From contig PWMW01000057.1 in NCBI GenBank assembly GCA_003559095.1, forward strand, positions 6,538-70,537: DNA of 64,000 nt. Reading direction: 5' to 3'. Every line of letters begins with the position of its first letter. Position 1 is the first letter of the stretch. Positions 8,350 through 17,144 of the stretch are shown here, one piece after another. Origin of the DNA: Clostridiales bacterium (GTDB lineage: Bacteria; Bacillota; Limnochordia; Darwinibacteriales; B1SED10-159). The position numbers were made by a program, and so were the translations under genes. The notes below the pieces were generated by a model. It saw only the letters and a program-made list of their open reading frames with translations. It searched no databases and was not told where the DNA came from.

Positions 8350-11300
8350 TTGAAACCTGTCTTTCTCGAGTTCTCAGGACTGAATAGTTATCAAGAGCCG
8401 CAGTCTATTGCCTTCGACTCCTTGGATGGGTCGGGGCTTTTTGGTATATTTGGGCCCACAGGCAGCGGCAAATCTACGGTTTTGGATGCCATCACCCTAG
8501 CCCTGTACGGGCGGGTAGAACGCTCAAGCCAACGGCGCGGCATTTTGAACCAAGACAGCGAAAAACTCATAGTCCGTCTGACCTTTGGCTTGGGTGATGC
8601 GCTCTACAAAGTGGAACGAAATTATGTCCGCAATCGCCAGGATCCCTGGGCTGTGCGTAACACCATCAGCCGACTGCTTCACGCCATCGACGATGCGTGG
8701 GAGGTCTTGGCGGACAAGGATGGAGACGTGAACCAGCAGATTCAAGAACTGCTGGGTCTTTCCCATGATGACTTCAGTCGTGCTGTGGTGCTGCCTCAGG
8801 GCAAGTTCGCTGAATTTCTCAGTCTGCGCGGCGCAGAGCGGCGTCAGATGTTGCAGCGTATTTTTTCACTGGAGAAGTACGGCGACGCCTTGAACGAAAC
8901 GGTCAAGGAGCTAGAGGGGGAGTTGGATTCCCAACTACGTGATGTCCAGACGCAACTGCAGACCATCGGCGATGCATCGCCGGCCGCAGTGAAGAAGGTG
9001 CAGGATGAGGTGGCTGCAGCCAAAGAGAACCTCAACCAACAAAAGGAAGCGGTTCAAGTCAAGGAAAAGGCCTACTTTGAGGCCAAGGAAGTTCGGGAGC
9101 TGCAGCGCAAGCTGGATGCGGCCCAGGCTGTCTGGAAGTCTGTGGAGAGTCAACGTCCAGACTTCGAAGAGTTGGAACAGCGGCTGCAGCAGGCGGAAGC
9201 AGCCGAACCCTATCGCAGCACATTGCTGGAGCACCGGAACACCAGCCAGCGGGTGACTGTACTGGAGAACGAAAGTGGGCAGCTTGCAGAAGGCTTGGAG
9301 GAAACCGTTAAAGCCTTGGATGCAGCAGCTGAACGTAAGCAGAAGGCGGAGCAGAAGCGGCAGGAAGCAATGCCTCAGCTTGTGGAACGCCGTGAATCAC
9401 TGCGTCAGGCTGTGGAGTGGGAAGAGGAGCTGGAGCGCCTGGCAGGGGCTGTGGAAACTGTCAATACGAAACATCGAGAGGCAGGCGCACAGGTAGAACA
9501 GCATGAACAAAATGTGCTCAAGTTGGAGACAACGTGCCAAGAAGCCAGAACGCAGCGGGATGCGCTGCGCCAGCGCCGTCAGGAACTTTGGCTGCCCGCA
9601 GCGAGGCGGCAGGAGCTGTCCCAGGCAGCGGCTGCTGCCAAACGCGTTCTCGAGTATCAGCAGACCGCAGATCAGTGGCGAAGTCGCGCTGCGACGCTGA
9701 CAGAAGAACGAGATTCTCTACAAGCGGCGAGAGATCGCGTCTCCCAGACTCGACAGGAGTTGGACGCAGAGCATCAACGCTTGCAGAGACTGCGCACAGA
9801 GTTGGATCAATCCCAAGTGGATGCGCAAAAGGGAGAAGCCCAACGAAGATGGGCAGCAGCCTTCCGGGAGCTGGTGCAGCGCGGCGAATCCATTCACAGC
9901 CGCGAGGATGAGCTGGCGCGCCGCCGCAGTCAAGCCGAAGCCAAATTGGCCGCCGCGGAGCGAGAGCAGCAGGATGCCGCTGTTGCTTGGCAGAGCTGTG
10001 TGCGCCAGTACCAAGAGGCTGATGCGCGTTGCCGAGAGCTTGAGCGACGGAACCGGGCCGCGGCCGTAGCCGCAGAGCTGCGGTCGGGAGAACCCTGCCC
10101 TGTCTGCGGTAGCGTCGATCACCCGGACCCGGCAGGGGAATCCGCTGACGATTGGACGTCCGCGGTCACGGAAGCAGACGAGAAGCGTGAGGCAGAACGC
10201 ACAGCCCATACCCAACTGCAGACGTTGGCTGAACGGCAGCGGCAGGCGCAATCCGACCTGGTCGCCATCGGTGATGAGCAAGCTGAGCTCAACGAGGTGC
10301 TGGAGAATTGGCGAGCTCAGCTGCCCGAAGCCCTGCGACTGCAATCCTTTGCTGATCTCAAGCGTTCGCTGGCTGCAGAAGAGCGCAGCTCTGAGCAATA
10401 TTTTCAAGCCCTGAAGACGTGGACGGAAGCTGATCAGGCGTGGCGTGCTGAATACAGTGCCTATGAGGCCCGGCGGCAGGACTTGGAAGAACGGACGACT
10501 GCGGTTACCGAAAAGTGGGGCACGCTAACGGCGCGTCTGCAGTCCGCCTGGGAGAGCCTTGAGTCTACCGAGATCTTGCATGCCAATGCTGTCCGGGAAC
10601 TACAGCAGTTTGCCACCGCAGAACCACAAGCGGTCTTGGAAGAGTATGATGCGTACTCGCGACAGCAGAATGAACTGGACGAAGTGGAACAGCAGCTGGC
10701 CTCCGTGGTGGACCAACTGGAAACCACCGAATCCACGTTAGCAACCACCATGGGTGAGCTGCAGACCAAACGCCAGGAAATGACTCATCTGGGTCAACAA
10801 AAGCAGCAGCTGAATGATGAAACCCAACAGCTGCAAGTGCGATTGCAACAGCGCACTGCCCCGTTTCCCACGGTGCAAGAGGCTTTGGAGGATGTGGTGG
10901 CAGAGATTCAACAGCTGGAGGCAGACGTGGAGACGGCCGCAAAAGAGCAGAACACCCTGCGGGAACAGCGAGAAGCTGCTGCAGGCGATCTGCGCGCTGT
11001 GGAGTCACAGCTGGAAATTTTCCGGGACCAAAGGCTCAGATTGGAGGCTGCCCTGGCCCAGGCTTGCACGGATCTCAACGTAGAAAATCCAGAGCAGTTG
11101 GCGGGAGCCTTAGTGGATGAGGCGGAGCGGAGACTGTGGCGGCAGCGGCTCAACGAATATCAACAGGAACGACATCATGCTGCCGAAGATATCCGCTCGC
11201 ACAGTGCTGAACTGGCCGGGCGCCGGGTTACTGCGGAGTCGTGGTCGGATCTTGAGGCGGAACTGCAGGAATCTCGTTCGCAGAGGGACAAAGCCTTAAG

Positions 11301-11907
11301 CAAACTGGGTGCGCTCGAGCAGGGGCTGCGGGACATCCAAGAGCGCAGTATCCAGTGGAAGGACGGCCAGGCTGCGGAACGGCGTCTGCAGAAGGAACGG
11401 GATACACTGCGAGAACTTCGCTCCGTACTGCGGGGAAACGCGTTCGTAGAGTACCTGGCTGAGCGCCAACTGCAGCTTACAGCACAGAATGCATCCCAGC
11501 ACCTAGGCCGACTGACCAAGTACCGATATGCGCTGGAGGTGGATGCCACCAGCGGCTTTGTCATGCGAGATGACGCCAACGGCGGACAGCGCAGACCTGT
11601 TCACAGTCTGTCAGGCGTCGAGACGTTCCTGACCAGCCTTGCCTTGGCCCTTGCCCTGTCAGGGCAAATTCAACTGCGAGGACGGTACCCGCTGGAGTTC
11701 TTTTTTCTTGATGAAGGATTTGGTTCATTGGATGAGGAGCTCTTGGAACTGGTGATCACTTCGCTGGAGCGGATGGATACGGGTAATATGTTGATCGGTG
11801 TCATCAGCCATGTTCCGGAGCTCAAGGAACGGATTGCCCAGAAGATCATGGTAAGTCCGGCGATCCCGGGCGGAGCCGGCAGTTCACTGCGCCTGCACAT
11901 GGGCTGA
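8350..11907 (+). CDS. sbcC: Exonuclease SbcCD, ATPase subunit C (Rad50-like)
   Basis: Walker A GPTGSGKST, long coiled coil, zinc hook CPVCGS, Walker B FFFLDEGFGSLD and H-loop ISHV. Start set to TTG 8350 behind GGGAGGG (track ORF starts at 8197). The signature motif reads LSGVE rather than LSGGE. Confidence 0.85.
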   Translation: MKPVFLEFSGLNSYQEPQSIAFDSLDGSGLFGIFGPTGSGKSTVLDAITLALYGRVERSSQRRGILNQDSEKLIVRLTFGLGDALYKVERNYVRNRQDPWAVRNTISRLLHAIDDAWEVLADKDGDVNQQIQELLGLSHDDFSRAVVLPQGKFAEFLSLRGAERRQMLQRIFSLEKYGDALNETVKELEGELDSQLRDVQTQLQTIGDASPAAVKKVQDEVAAAKENLNQQKEAVQVKEKAYFEAKEVRELQRKLDAAQAVWKSVESQRPDFEELEQRLQQAEAAEPYRSTLLEHRNTSQRVTVLENESGQLAEGLEETVKALDAAAERKQKAEQKRQEAMPQLVERRESLRQAVEWEEELERLAGAVETVNTKHREAGAQVEQHEQNVLKLETTCQEARTQRDALRQRRQELWLPAARRQELSQAAAAAKRVLEYQQTADQWRSRAATLTEERDSLQAARDRVSQTRQELDAEHQRLQRLRTELDQSQVDAQKGEAQRRWAAAFRELVQRGESIHSREDELARRRSQAEAKLAAAEREQQDAAVAWQSCVRQYQEADARCRELERRNRAAAVAAELRSGEPCPVCGSVDHPDPAGESADDWTSAVTEADEKREAERTAHTQLQTLAERQRQAQSDLVAIGDEQAELNEVLENWRAQLPEALRLQSFADLKRSLAAEERSSEQYFQALKTWTEADQAWRAEYSAYEARRQDLEERTTAVTEKWGTLTARLQSAWESLESTEILHANAVRELQQFATAEPQAVLEEYDAYSRQQNELDEVEQQLASVVDQLETTESTLATTMGELQTKRQEMTHLGQQKQQLNDETQQLQVRLQQRTAPFPTVQEALEDVVAEIQQLEADVETAAKEQNTLREQREAAAGDLRAVESQLEIFRDQRLRLEAALAQACTDLNVENPEQLAGALVDEAERRLWRQRLNEYQQERHHAAEDIRSHSAELAGRRVTAESWSDLEAELQESRSQRDKALSKLGALEQGLRDIQERSIQWKDGQAAERRLQKERDTLRELRSVLRGNAFVEYLAERQLQLTAQNASQHLGRLTKYRYALEVDATSGFVMRDDANGGQRRPVHSLSGVETFLTSLALALALSGQIQLRGRYPLEFFFLDEGFGSLDEELLELVITSLERMDTGNMLIGVISHVPELKERIAQKIMVSPAIPGGAGSSLRLHMG

Positions 11908-11998
11908 CTGGAGGGGATTGGTCACTTTTGTCGAATTAACCCAAGTATCATTTGCTAAAGGCAGGGTTTACTGCATTTGGAAAAGGAGATGTTGATTC

Positions 11999-13348
11999 AT
12001 GAAGCCCATCAGTTTTGATTATCGTCGAGCTCAAGACTTCATCAAGGAACATGAACTGGAATATTTGCAGCAGGATGTCCTCACGGCGCACAGCAAAGTC
12101 CACACTGGCACTGGTGCAGGTTCAGACTTTCTCGGGTGGGTCGATCTGCCCGTAAATTACGATAAAGAGGAATTTCAACGAATTGAACGAGCTGCGGCCA
12201 AGATACGTAAGGACAGCGACGTTCTGGTCGTTATTGGTATCGGCGGTTCGTATTTGGGGGCTAGGGCAGCCATCGAAACCTTGACCGATACGTTCTATGC
12301 TCAAAAAGGCCGTGAAGAACGGCAGGGACCGCAGATCATCTTTCTCGGACACCACATCAGCGGGACCTACACGGCGGATCTTCTGGACCACCTTGATGGG
12401 AAAGACGTCAGCGTTAATGTCATATCCAAATCTGGGACCACCACCGAACCCGCCATCGCCTTTCGTATATTGCGCCGCTGGATGGAAGAAAAATATGGGG
12501 TGGAGGCCAAGGACCGGATTTTTGTCACCACGGACGCTCAGCGAGGCGCCCTTAAGACGCTGGCCGATGAACAGGCCTATGAGACGTTCGTCATTCCTGA
12601 CGATGTGGGAGGCCGTTATTCGGTACTGACCGCCGTGGGACTGCTGCCTATCGCTGCGGCTGGTATTGCCATCAAGGAGATGATGGAAGGGGCCCAAGCC
12701 GCCAGGGAGTGGTACAGCAGCGATCGCTTAGCGGACAACGCAGCCTACCAATACGCTGTGGTGCGAAATCTTCTGTACCGTAAGGGCAAGTCCGTGGAGA
12801 TATTGGTGAACCATGAACCGCAGTTGCACTATTTTGCTGAATGGTGGAAGCAGCTGTTTGGCGAAAGTGAGGGTAAGGATAACAAGGGTCTTTATCCGGC
12901 GGCTGTTGACTTTTCGACCGATCTGCACTCTATGGGTCAGTTCATTCAAGAGGGCGCCCGTGTTCTTTTTGAGACGGTGCTTCAAGTGGAAGCGCCGCGG
13001 CGAGACGTGGTTATTGAACCCGATGAACAGAATTTGGATGGGTTGAATTTCATCGCCGAACGAACTATGGACTTTGTCAATAAACAGGCTTTTGCAGGGA
13101 CCGTGTTGGCCCACACTGATGGCGGTGTGCCCAACTTGGTTGTTACTGTTCCTCGTCTGGATCCTTTTTACTTTGGCGCCTTGGTGTATTTCTTCGAACT
13201 GGCCTGCGCCATCAGTGGTTATCTCTTAGGTGTCAATCCCTTTGATCAACCCGGTGTCGAGGCTTACAAGAAGAACATGTTTGCTCTGTTGGGTAAGCCG
13301 GGTTTTGAGGAACTGCGCGAACAACTGGAAAAGCGTTTACAGAAGTAG
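11999..13348 (+). CDS. pgi: Glucose-6-phosphate isomerase (Firmicutes-type, ~450 aa)
   Basis: [32 protein letters not shown] and [14 protein letters not shown] motifs. Confidence 0.9.
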   Translation: MKPISFDYRRAQDFIKEHELEYLQQDVLTAHSKVHTGTGAGSDFLGWVDLPVNYDKEEFQRIERAAAKIRKDSDVLVVIGIGGSYLGARAAIETLTDTFYAQKGREERQGPQIIFLGHHISGTYTADLLDHLDGKDVSVNVISKSGTTTEPAIAFRILRRWMEEKYGVEAKDRIFVTTDAQRGALKTLADEQAYETFVIPDDVGGRYSVLTAVGLLPIAAAGIAIKEMMEGAQAAREWYSSDRLADNAAYQYAVVRNLLYRKGKSVEILVNHEPQLHYFAEWWKQLFGESEGKDNKGLYPAAVDFSTDLHSMGQFIQEGARVLFETVLQVEAPRRDVVIEPDEQNLDGLNFIAERTMDFVNKQAFAGTVLAHTDGGVPNLVVTVPRLDPFYFGALVYFFELACAISGYLLGVNPFDQPGVEAYKKNMFALLGKPGFEELREQLEKRLQK

Positions 13349-13359
13349 GAGGTGCCGCT

Positions 13360-14307
13360 GTGCAGTTGTATCCAATGACCTTTGAACCGGTGTACCACGA
13401 GAAGCTTTGGGGAGGGCGAAGGTTGGAAACGCTGTTTCAACGAAAACTGCCTTCCGGTCGCATTGGCGAAAGTTGGGATGTGGCGGCCCATCCCAACGGT
13501 ATGAGCATCGTGAACAGGGGATCACTTCAGGGTAGCACCTTAGCACAGGTGGCTGCCGAATATCCCGATGAACTGTACGGAACGAGTGCACTGGTCCCTG
13601 AGCGCTTCCCGCTCTTGGTCAAGATCATCGACGCCCAACAGGCATTATCAGTGCAGGTGCATCCTGACGATGCCTACGGTCGGGAGCATGAGCAGGGAGA
13701 GTACGGCAAGACCGAGGCCTGGTATGTTCTGCATGCTGAACCGGGCGCGACCGTGGTCTATGGACTGCATCCTGATGTTACCAAGGAGTCCTTTCGCCGC
13801 CTCGTGGAATCTGGCCGCACAGAAGAGGGTCTGCGTGAAATTCCGGTGCAGGCCGGCGACATTCTGCACATCCCTGCGGGACTAGTCCACGCTCTCGGCG
13901 CTGGTGTTGTGGTGGCTGAAGTGCAGCAGAACTCGGATACGGTGTATCGGGTCTTTGATTGGAACAGGGTGGATGACTCCGGTCAACCCCGAGAACTCCA
14001 TGTGGACAAAGCCTTTGACGTTATTAACTTCACCATGCAGCCGCAGCCCCTTAAGAGCCTGCGCAACCCGGTGGTGGCCAATGAGCATTTCATTATGGAG
14101 ATCTACGACAACTTGGATGCAGCCACCGTCTCCGATGCGGATCGGTTCCACATTCTGATGTGTTTGTCAGGGAAAACCCATGTTGCTTGGCAGGACCATG
14201 ACCTGACGCTGCAGGCTGGTGACTCCTGTTTGGTGCCTGCTGCGTGTCAAGGATACGCTGTGCATTCCTATGGAAAGCTGCTGCGGGCGTACCAACCAAC
14301 GCCTTAA
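13360..14307 (+). CDS. manA: Class I mannose-6-phosphate isomerase
   Basis: KLWGG, ESWDV, LSVQVHPDD and GKTEAWYVL motifs. GTG start behind AGGAGG. Confidence 0.8.
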   Translation: MQLYPMTFEPVYHEKLWGGRRLETLFQRKLPSGRIGESWDVAAHPNGMSIVNRGSLQGSTLAQVAAEYPDELYGTSALVPERFPLLVKIIDAQQALSVQVHPDDAYGREHEQGEYGKTEAWYVLHAEPGATVVYGLHPDVTKESFRRLVESGRTEEGLREIPVQAGDILHIPAGLVHALGAGVVVAEVQQNSDTVYRVFDWNRVDDSGQPRELHVDKAFDVINFTMQPQPLKSLRNPVVANEHFIMEIYDNLDAATVSDADRFHILMCLSGKTHVAWQDHDLTLQAGDSCLVPAACQGYAVHSYGKLLRAYQPTP

Positions 14308-14477
14308 GGCAGCTGCCCCACGACGAAGAGAGTGTTTGGGCGCGTGGCAGTTGCCACCAGCGAACGGGTACACGTATATACCCATACAGGGTTCGGGTAA
14401 ATTTGCCCATGCCACTGGACTGTGAAAGATAACCATGTTATACTATCGCTAGGAACGAAGCACGGGAGGTGAATACT

Positions 14478-14774
14478 GTGTTGAATGTAACACCGAAGGC
14501 GCAAGAAAAGTTAGCAGCATACCTCCAACAGGAACAGGCCGAGGAAACAATGATTCGCCTTTTTATACGGGGTATGGGCTGAGGCGGGCCGAGTTTCGGC
14601 ATGTCTCTGGAAGAGACCAAGGAAGAGCATGATGCAATTGTGGAGACCAGTGGGTTTTCCTTTTTATTGGATCCTAGGGCCCAGGTCTATTTGGAGAACG
14701 GAACCATCGATTACCGGAAATCTATTTTTGGCGAAGGTTTTTCCATTACGTCTGCCATGGGAGGCAGTTGTTAA
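14478..14774 (+). CDS. HesB/IscA-like protein with in-frame TGA (14580..14582) at the active-site position; probable HesB-like selenoprotein
   Basis: Absent from the ORF track because the TGA splits it. Manual translation gives MLNVTPKAQEKLAAYLQQEQAEETMIRLFIRGMG-U-GGPSFGMSLEETKEEHDAIVETSGFSFLLDPRAQVYLENGTIDYRKSIFGEGFSITSAMGGSC. GGGAGG lies 8 nt upstream of the GTG, and there is a strong hairpin after the TAA. Confidence 0.65.
14603..14617 (+). promoter_or_regulatory. Candidate bacterial SECIS hairpin (GTCTCT-GGA-AGAGAC)
   Basis: A 6-bp stem with a G-first apical loop about 29 nt downstream of the UGA, within the usual bacterial SECIS spacing. A second small hairpin GCCGA-GUU-UCGGC lies at 14588..14600. 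Confidence 0.3.
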
Positions 14775-14790
14775 CGGAATTGTCCGCCAC

Positions 14791-14821
14791 GAAAGGACTC
14801 TTCCTGTGGAAGAGTCCTTTC
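14791..14821 (+). terminator. 14-bp perfect hairpin GAAAGGACTCTTCC-TGT-GGAAGAGTCCTTTC
   Basis: Lies directly after the HesB-like gene. The U-tail is short (it lies within the stem end). Confidence 0.55.
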
Positions 14822-14865
14822 TCACCTGCTGCCGCCATGGGTGAGGCGCAATTGGAGGAAGGATC

Positions 14866-15312
14866 ATGATGCTACAGTCTTGGATCGATCAATTGAAACG
14901 AAATGGGCATAAAGTGACAGCGCCGCGGCGAAAGCTTCTGCAGTACTTGGATGGGCGGGACGCACCGTTTACGGCCGAGGAGATCTATGGTGAACTGTCT
15001 GCAACGGGTGTTGGCCGCGCCACGGTATTTCGCACGTTGAAGCTTCTCCAGGATGTAGGCGTATTGGTTCGGGTTCACCTAGAACACGGGTGTCAGCATT
15101 ACCAAGCTGCGCCTGGGATACCCGGTGATACACACCACCATGATCGCATCATCTGTCGGGAATGCGGGGACATCGCGCTTTTGGACCAATGTCCCATGCG
15201 TTCCGATGTTTCCGACATTGCTCGCCGTTCAGGATTTCGTATCCAAGGTCATCATCTGGACCTATACGGTATCTGCAGCAGTTGCGAGGAACTGCCAACA
15301 AAGGATGACTAG
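14866..15312 (+). CDS. Fur-family metalloregulator, probably Zur by context
   Basis: Winged-helix segment TAPRRKLLQYL...RATVFRTLKLL, HHHD, and two CxxC pairs (CRECG, CSSC). It lies upstream of a zinc-type ABC importer. Confidence 0.75.
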   Translation: MMLQSWIDQLKRNGHKVTAPRRKLLQYLDGRDAPFTAEEIYGELSATGVGRATVFRTLKLLQDVGVLVRVHLEHGCQHYQAAPGIPGDTHHHDRIICRECGDIALLDQCPMRSDVSDIARRSGFRIQGHHLDLYGICSSCEELPTKDD

Positions 15313-15507
15313 CAGGCCTGCCTCGAACATGGGCGGTCCTTCCCCTTTTCATGTTTTATGGTGTCAGGTCACTGGCATGGACGTCTGTTGCATAGACGTC
15401 TTTCCACGGGCAACACTTACGGGTCTCCTCAGAGAAACGCCTGCTAAGCGGCATTTCGCTCGCGGTCGTAAACCACGTATTGCTGTCTATGACACAGGTC
15501 TGCTAGC

Positions 15508-15626
15508 AACGTGTTGACAAAGTACGCTGGCGAGCCCTTAACAGACGAAGCGAAATCGCTCTAGCTTCGATTTCACCGAGGTGTTCCCCCTGCGGTTGCT
15601 CGGACTTCCAGGACCATTGACACGTG
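15508..15626 (+). repeat. Copy C of the ~119-nt element
   Basis: aacgtgttgacaaagtacgctggcgagcccttaacagacgaagcgaaatcgctctagcttcgatttcaccgaggtgttccccctgcggttgctcggacttccaggaccattgacacgtg. It lies between the Fur-family gene and the poly-His gene. Confidence 0.85.
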
Positions 15627-15726
15627 CAGGGAAGGCATCGTTTTTCGATAGTTACCAAGGAACTTTGTTGGAAATCACAAAGTTCCTCTGGACACGGGCA
15701 CCAAATTGCTTTAGTATAGACATAAA

Positions 15727-15741
15727 TGATACCAAGTATCA
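15727..15741. promoter_or_regulatory. Fur-family 7-1-7 box TGATACC-A-AGTATCA
   Basis: An inverted repeat 5 nt upstream of the AGGAGG RBS of the poly-His gene, close to the TGATAAT-N-ATTATCA consensus. Confidence 0.5.
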
Positions 15742-15759
15742 ATACAGGAGGTTAGAACT

Positions 15760-17139
15760 ATGAAGCGTAACGTATTTGGAAGTTTGGTTTTGGTGCTGGT
15801 GCTTATCTTGGCGACGGCCATTGCTGGTGCACATTCAGATCACAGTGATGATGATCATGACCATCATCATGACCATCACGGACATCATCACACCCACGAC
15901 GATGTCTCTCACCGCTTGTTTGTTGTTTCCGAAACAGGAACACAGATGATCTTTTTGGATATCTTGGATCACCAGATCGTTGACCACGGACTCGTTGACT
16001 TCGGAGCAGCAACAACAGATGTGCTTGTGTCTGAAAACGGGCGTTATTTGGCGTTCTTGGTGCCCGACACCGATCAGGTTCAAGTATGGTCTAGTGGTCT
16101 GTTTTTGGAGGAGCACGGGGACCACTACGATGTAGTAGCTGTGCGCCCCGCATTATTTTGGGAACACCGTGTCGGTCGCGATTCGCAGCGGCTGCGCAGT
16201 CATGGTCCGGACTTCCTCATAGGCAACACGGACGATGGAACCGTGTCCCTGCTGCAAAGTGAAGACGGTATTCAGCTGGTGCTTCCTGGTGGAGGAGGTC
16301 CGGCTGATTTCGATGAGAACTCCGTCGCTCTGACCGATCCTCAGCTGGGTCTGCTTGACATCTTTACACGCCACCCATTGACGAAGCGAGCCACACTGCG
16401 CCTGCCTGCAGAACCACAGCAGGTGATCGTCAGCGGGAACCATGCATTCGTAAGCCTGCGCGATGGCTGGTATAAGCTGGATCTCACAGATCTTTCCGGC
16501 CACGTGCACGGAGAACTTTGGCAGGCAGCGCCAGCTGTAGTTTGGAGCCACCCGGATTCAGGTTGGATCTATGCACTGGTTGATAATGCAATCCATGGCT
16601 TTGACACGCACGCAGGGGCGGTCGAACTGTATCCTCTGGACCATTCTGGGGTACTGTCTGTGGACCAGGACAGCCACTATGCTGTGGCCATAGGAGACAG
16701 TGGTCTTGACCTTCACCTTGTGGACGTGGGTCACGGCGGCATCCACAGTGCAGACAGCACCGGGCTCGTGTTTGAACAGCCGATTTTGGCCGTGGCTTGG
16801 GCTGGTAGAGATATCGCGGCGGTAACCGATGATGGAGTACTTTGGTTGGTATCTCGCGACGGTCGAGTCCGTGATCGCTTCGAACTTCCATTCGTTGGTG
16901 ATAAAGTAGTGACAGCCTTCATCCCCGATCACGAGAAGCACCTGCACCCTCACGACCATGACCATCATCATGACCATGACCATCATCACGATCATGACCA
17001 TCATCACGATCATGACGAGCACCACCACGATCATGACGAGCACCACCACGATCATGACGGACATCATCACGATCATGACGAGCACCACCACGATGGCGAG
17101 CATGACGACGAACACCACGACCACAATCACAGCCATTAA
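15760..17139 (+). CDS. Secreted His/Asp-rich protein with predicted beta-propeller core; candidate AztD-like periplasmic zinc metallochaperone
   Basis: Signal peptide MKRNVFGSLVLVLVLILATAIAGA. N-terminal HSDHSDDDHDHHHDHHGHHHTHDD and a ~65-aa C-terminal H/D/E tail. The middle has repeated strand-turn segments. It lies directly upstream of the ZnuA-like SBP. Confidence 0.5.
   Translation: MKRNVFGSLVLVLVLILATAIAGAHSDHSDDDHDHHHDHHGHHHTHDDVSHRLFVVSETGTQMIFLDILDHQIVDHGLVDFGAATTDVLVSENGRYLAFLVPDTDQVQVWSSGLFLEEHGDHYDVVAVRPALFWEHRVGRDSQRLRSHGPDFLIGNTDDGTVSLLQSEDGIQLVLPGGGGPADFDENSVALTDPQLGLLDIFTRHPLTKRATLRLPAEPQQVIVSGNHAFVSLRDGWYKLDLTDLSGHVHGELWQAAPAVVWSHPDSGWIYALVDNAIHGFDTHAGAVELYPLDHSGVLSVDQDSHYAVAIGDSGLDLHLVDVGHGGIHSADSTGLVFEQPILAVAWAGRDIAAVTDDGVLWLVSRDGRVRDRFELPFVGDKVVTAFIPDHEKHLHPHDHDHHHDHDHHHDHDHHHDHDEHHHDHDEHHHDHDGHHHDHDEHHHDGEHDDEHHDHNHSH
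16945..17136 (+). repeat. Imperfect in-frame tandem repeat of CAY/GAY codons (unit about 21 nt, HHHDHDE)
   Basis: gagcaccaccacgatcatgac recurs three times with variants. It encodes the C-terminal His/Asp tail. Confidence 0.8.
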
Positions 17140-17144
17140 CTGAG

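Noticed and set aside
11920-11936. A sigma-54 promoter reading of TGGTCACTTTTGTCG upstream of pgi.
   Set aside because: The GG/GC spacing does not fit (CG instead of GC at -12), and the gdh copy of the 14-mer lacks the GG element.
16945-17136. The tandem repeat and the four dispersed repeats considered as a CRISPR array.
   Set aside because: The 21-nt repeat is in-frame His/Asp coding sequence. The 119-nt elements are kilobases apart in separate intergenic regions with no spacer-repeat periodicity, and no cas genes are present.
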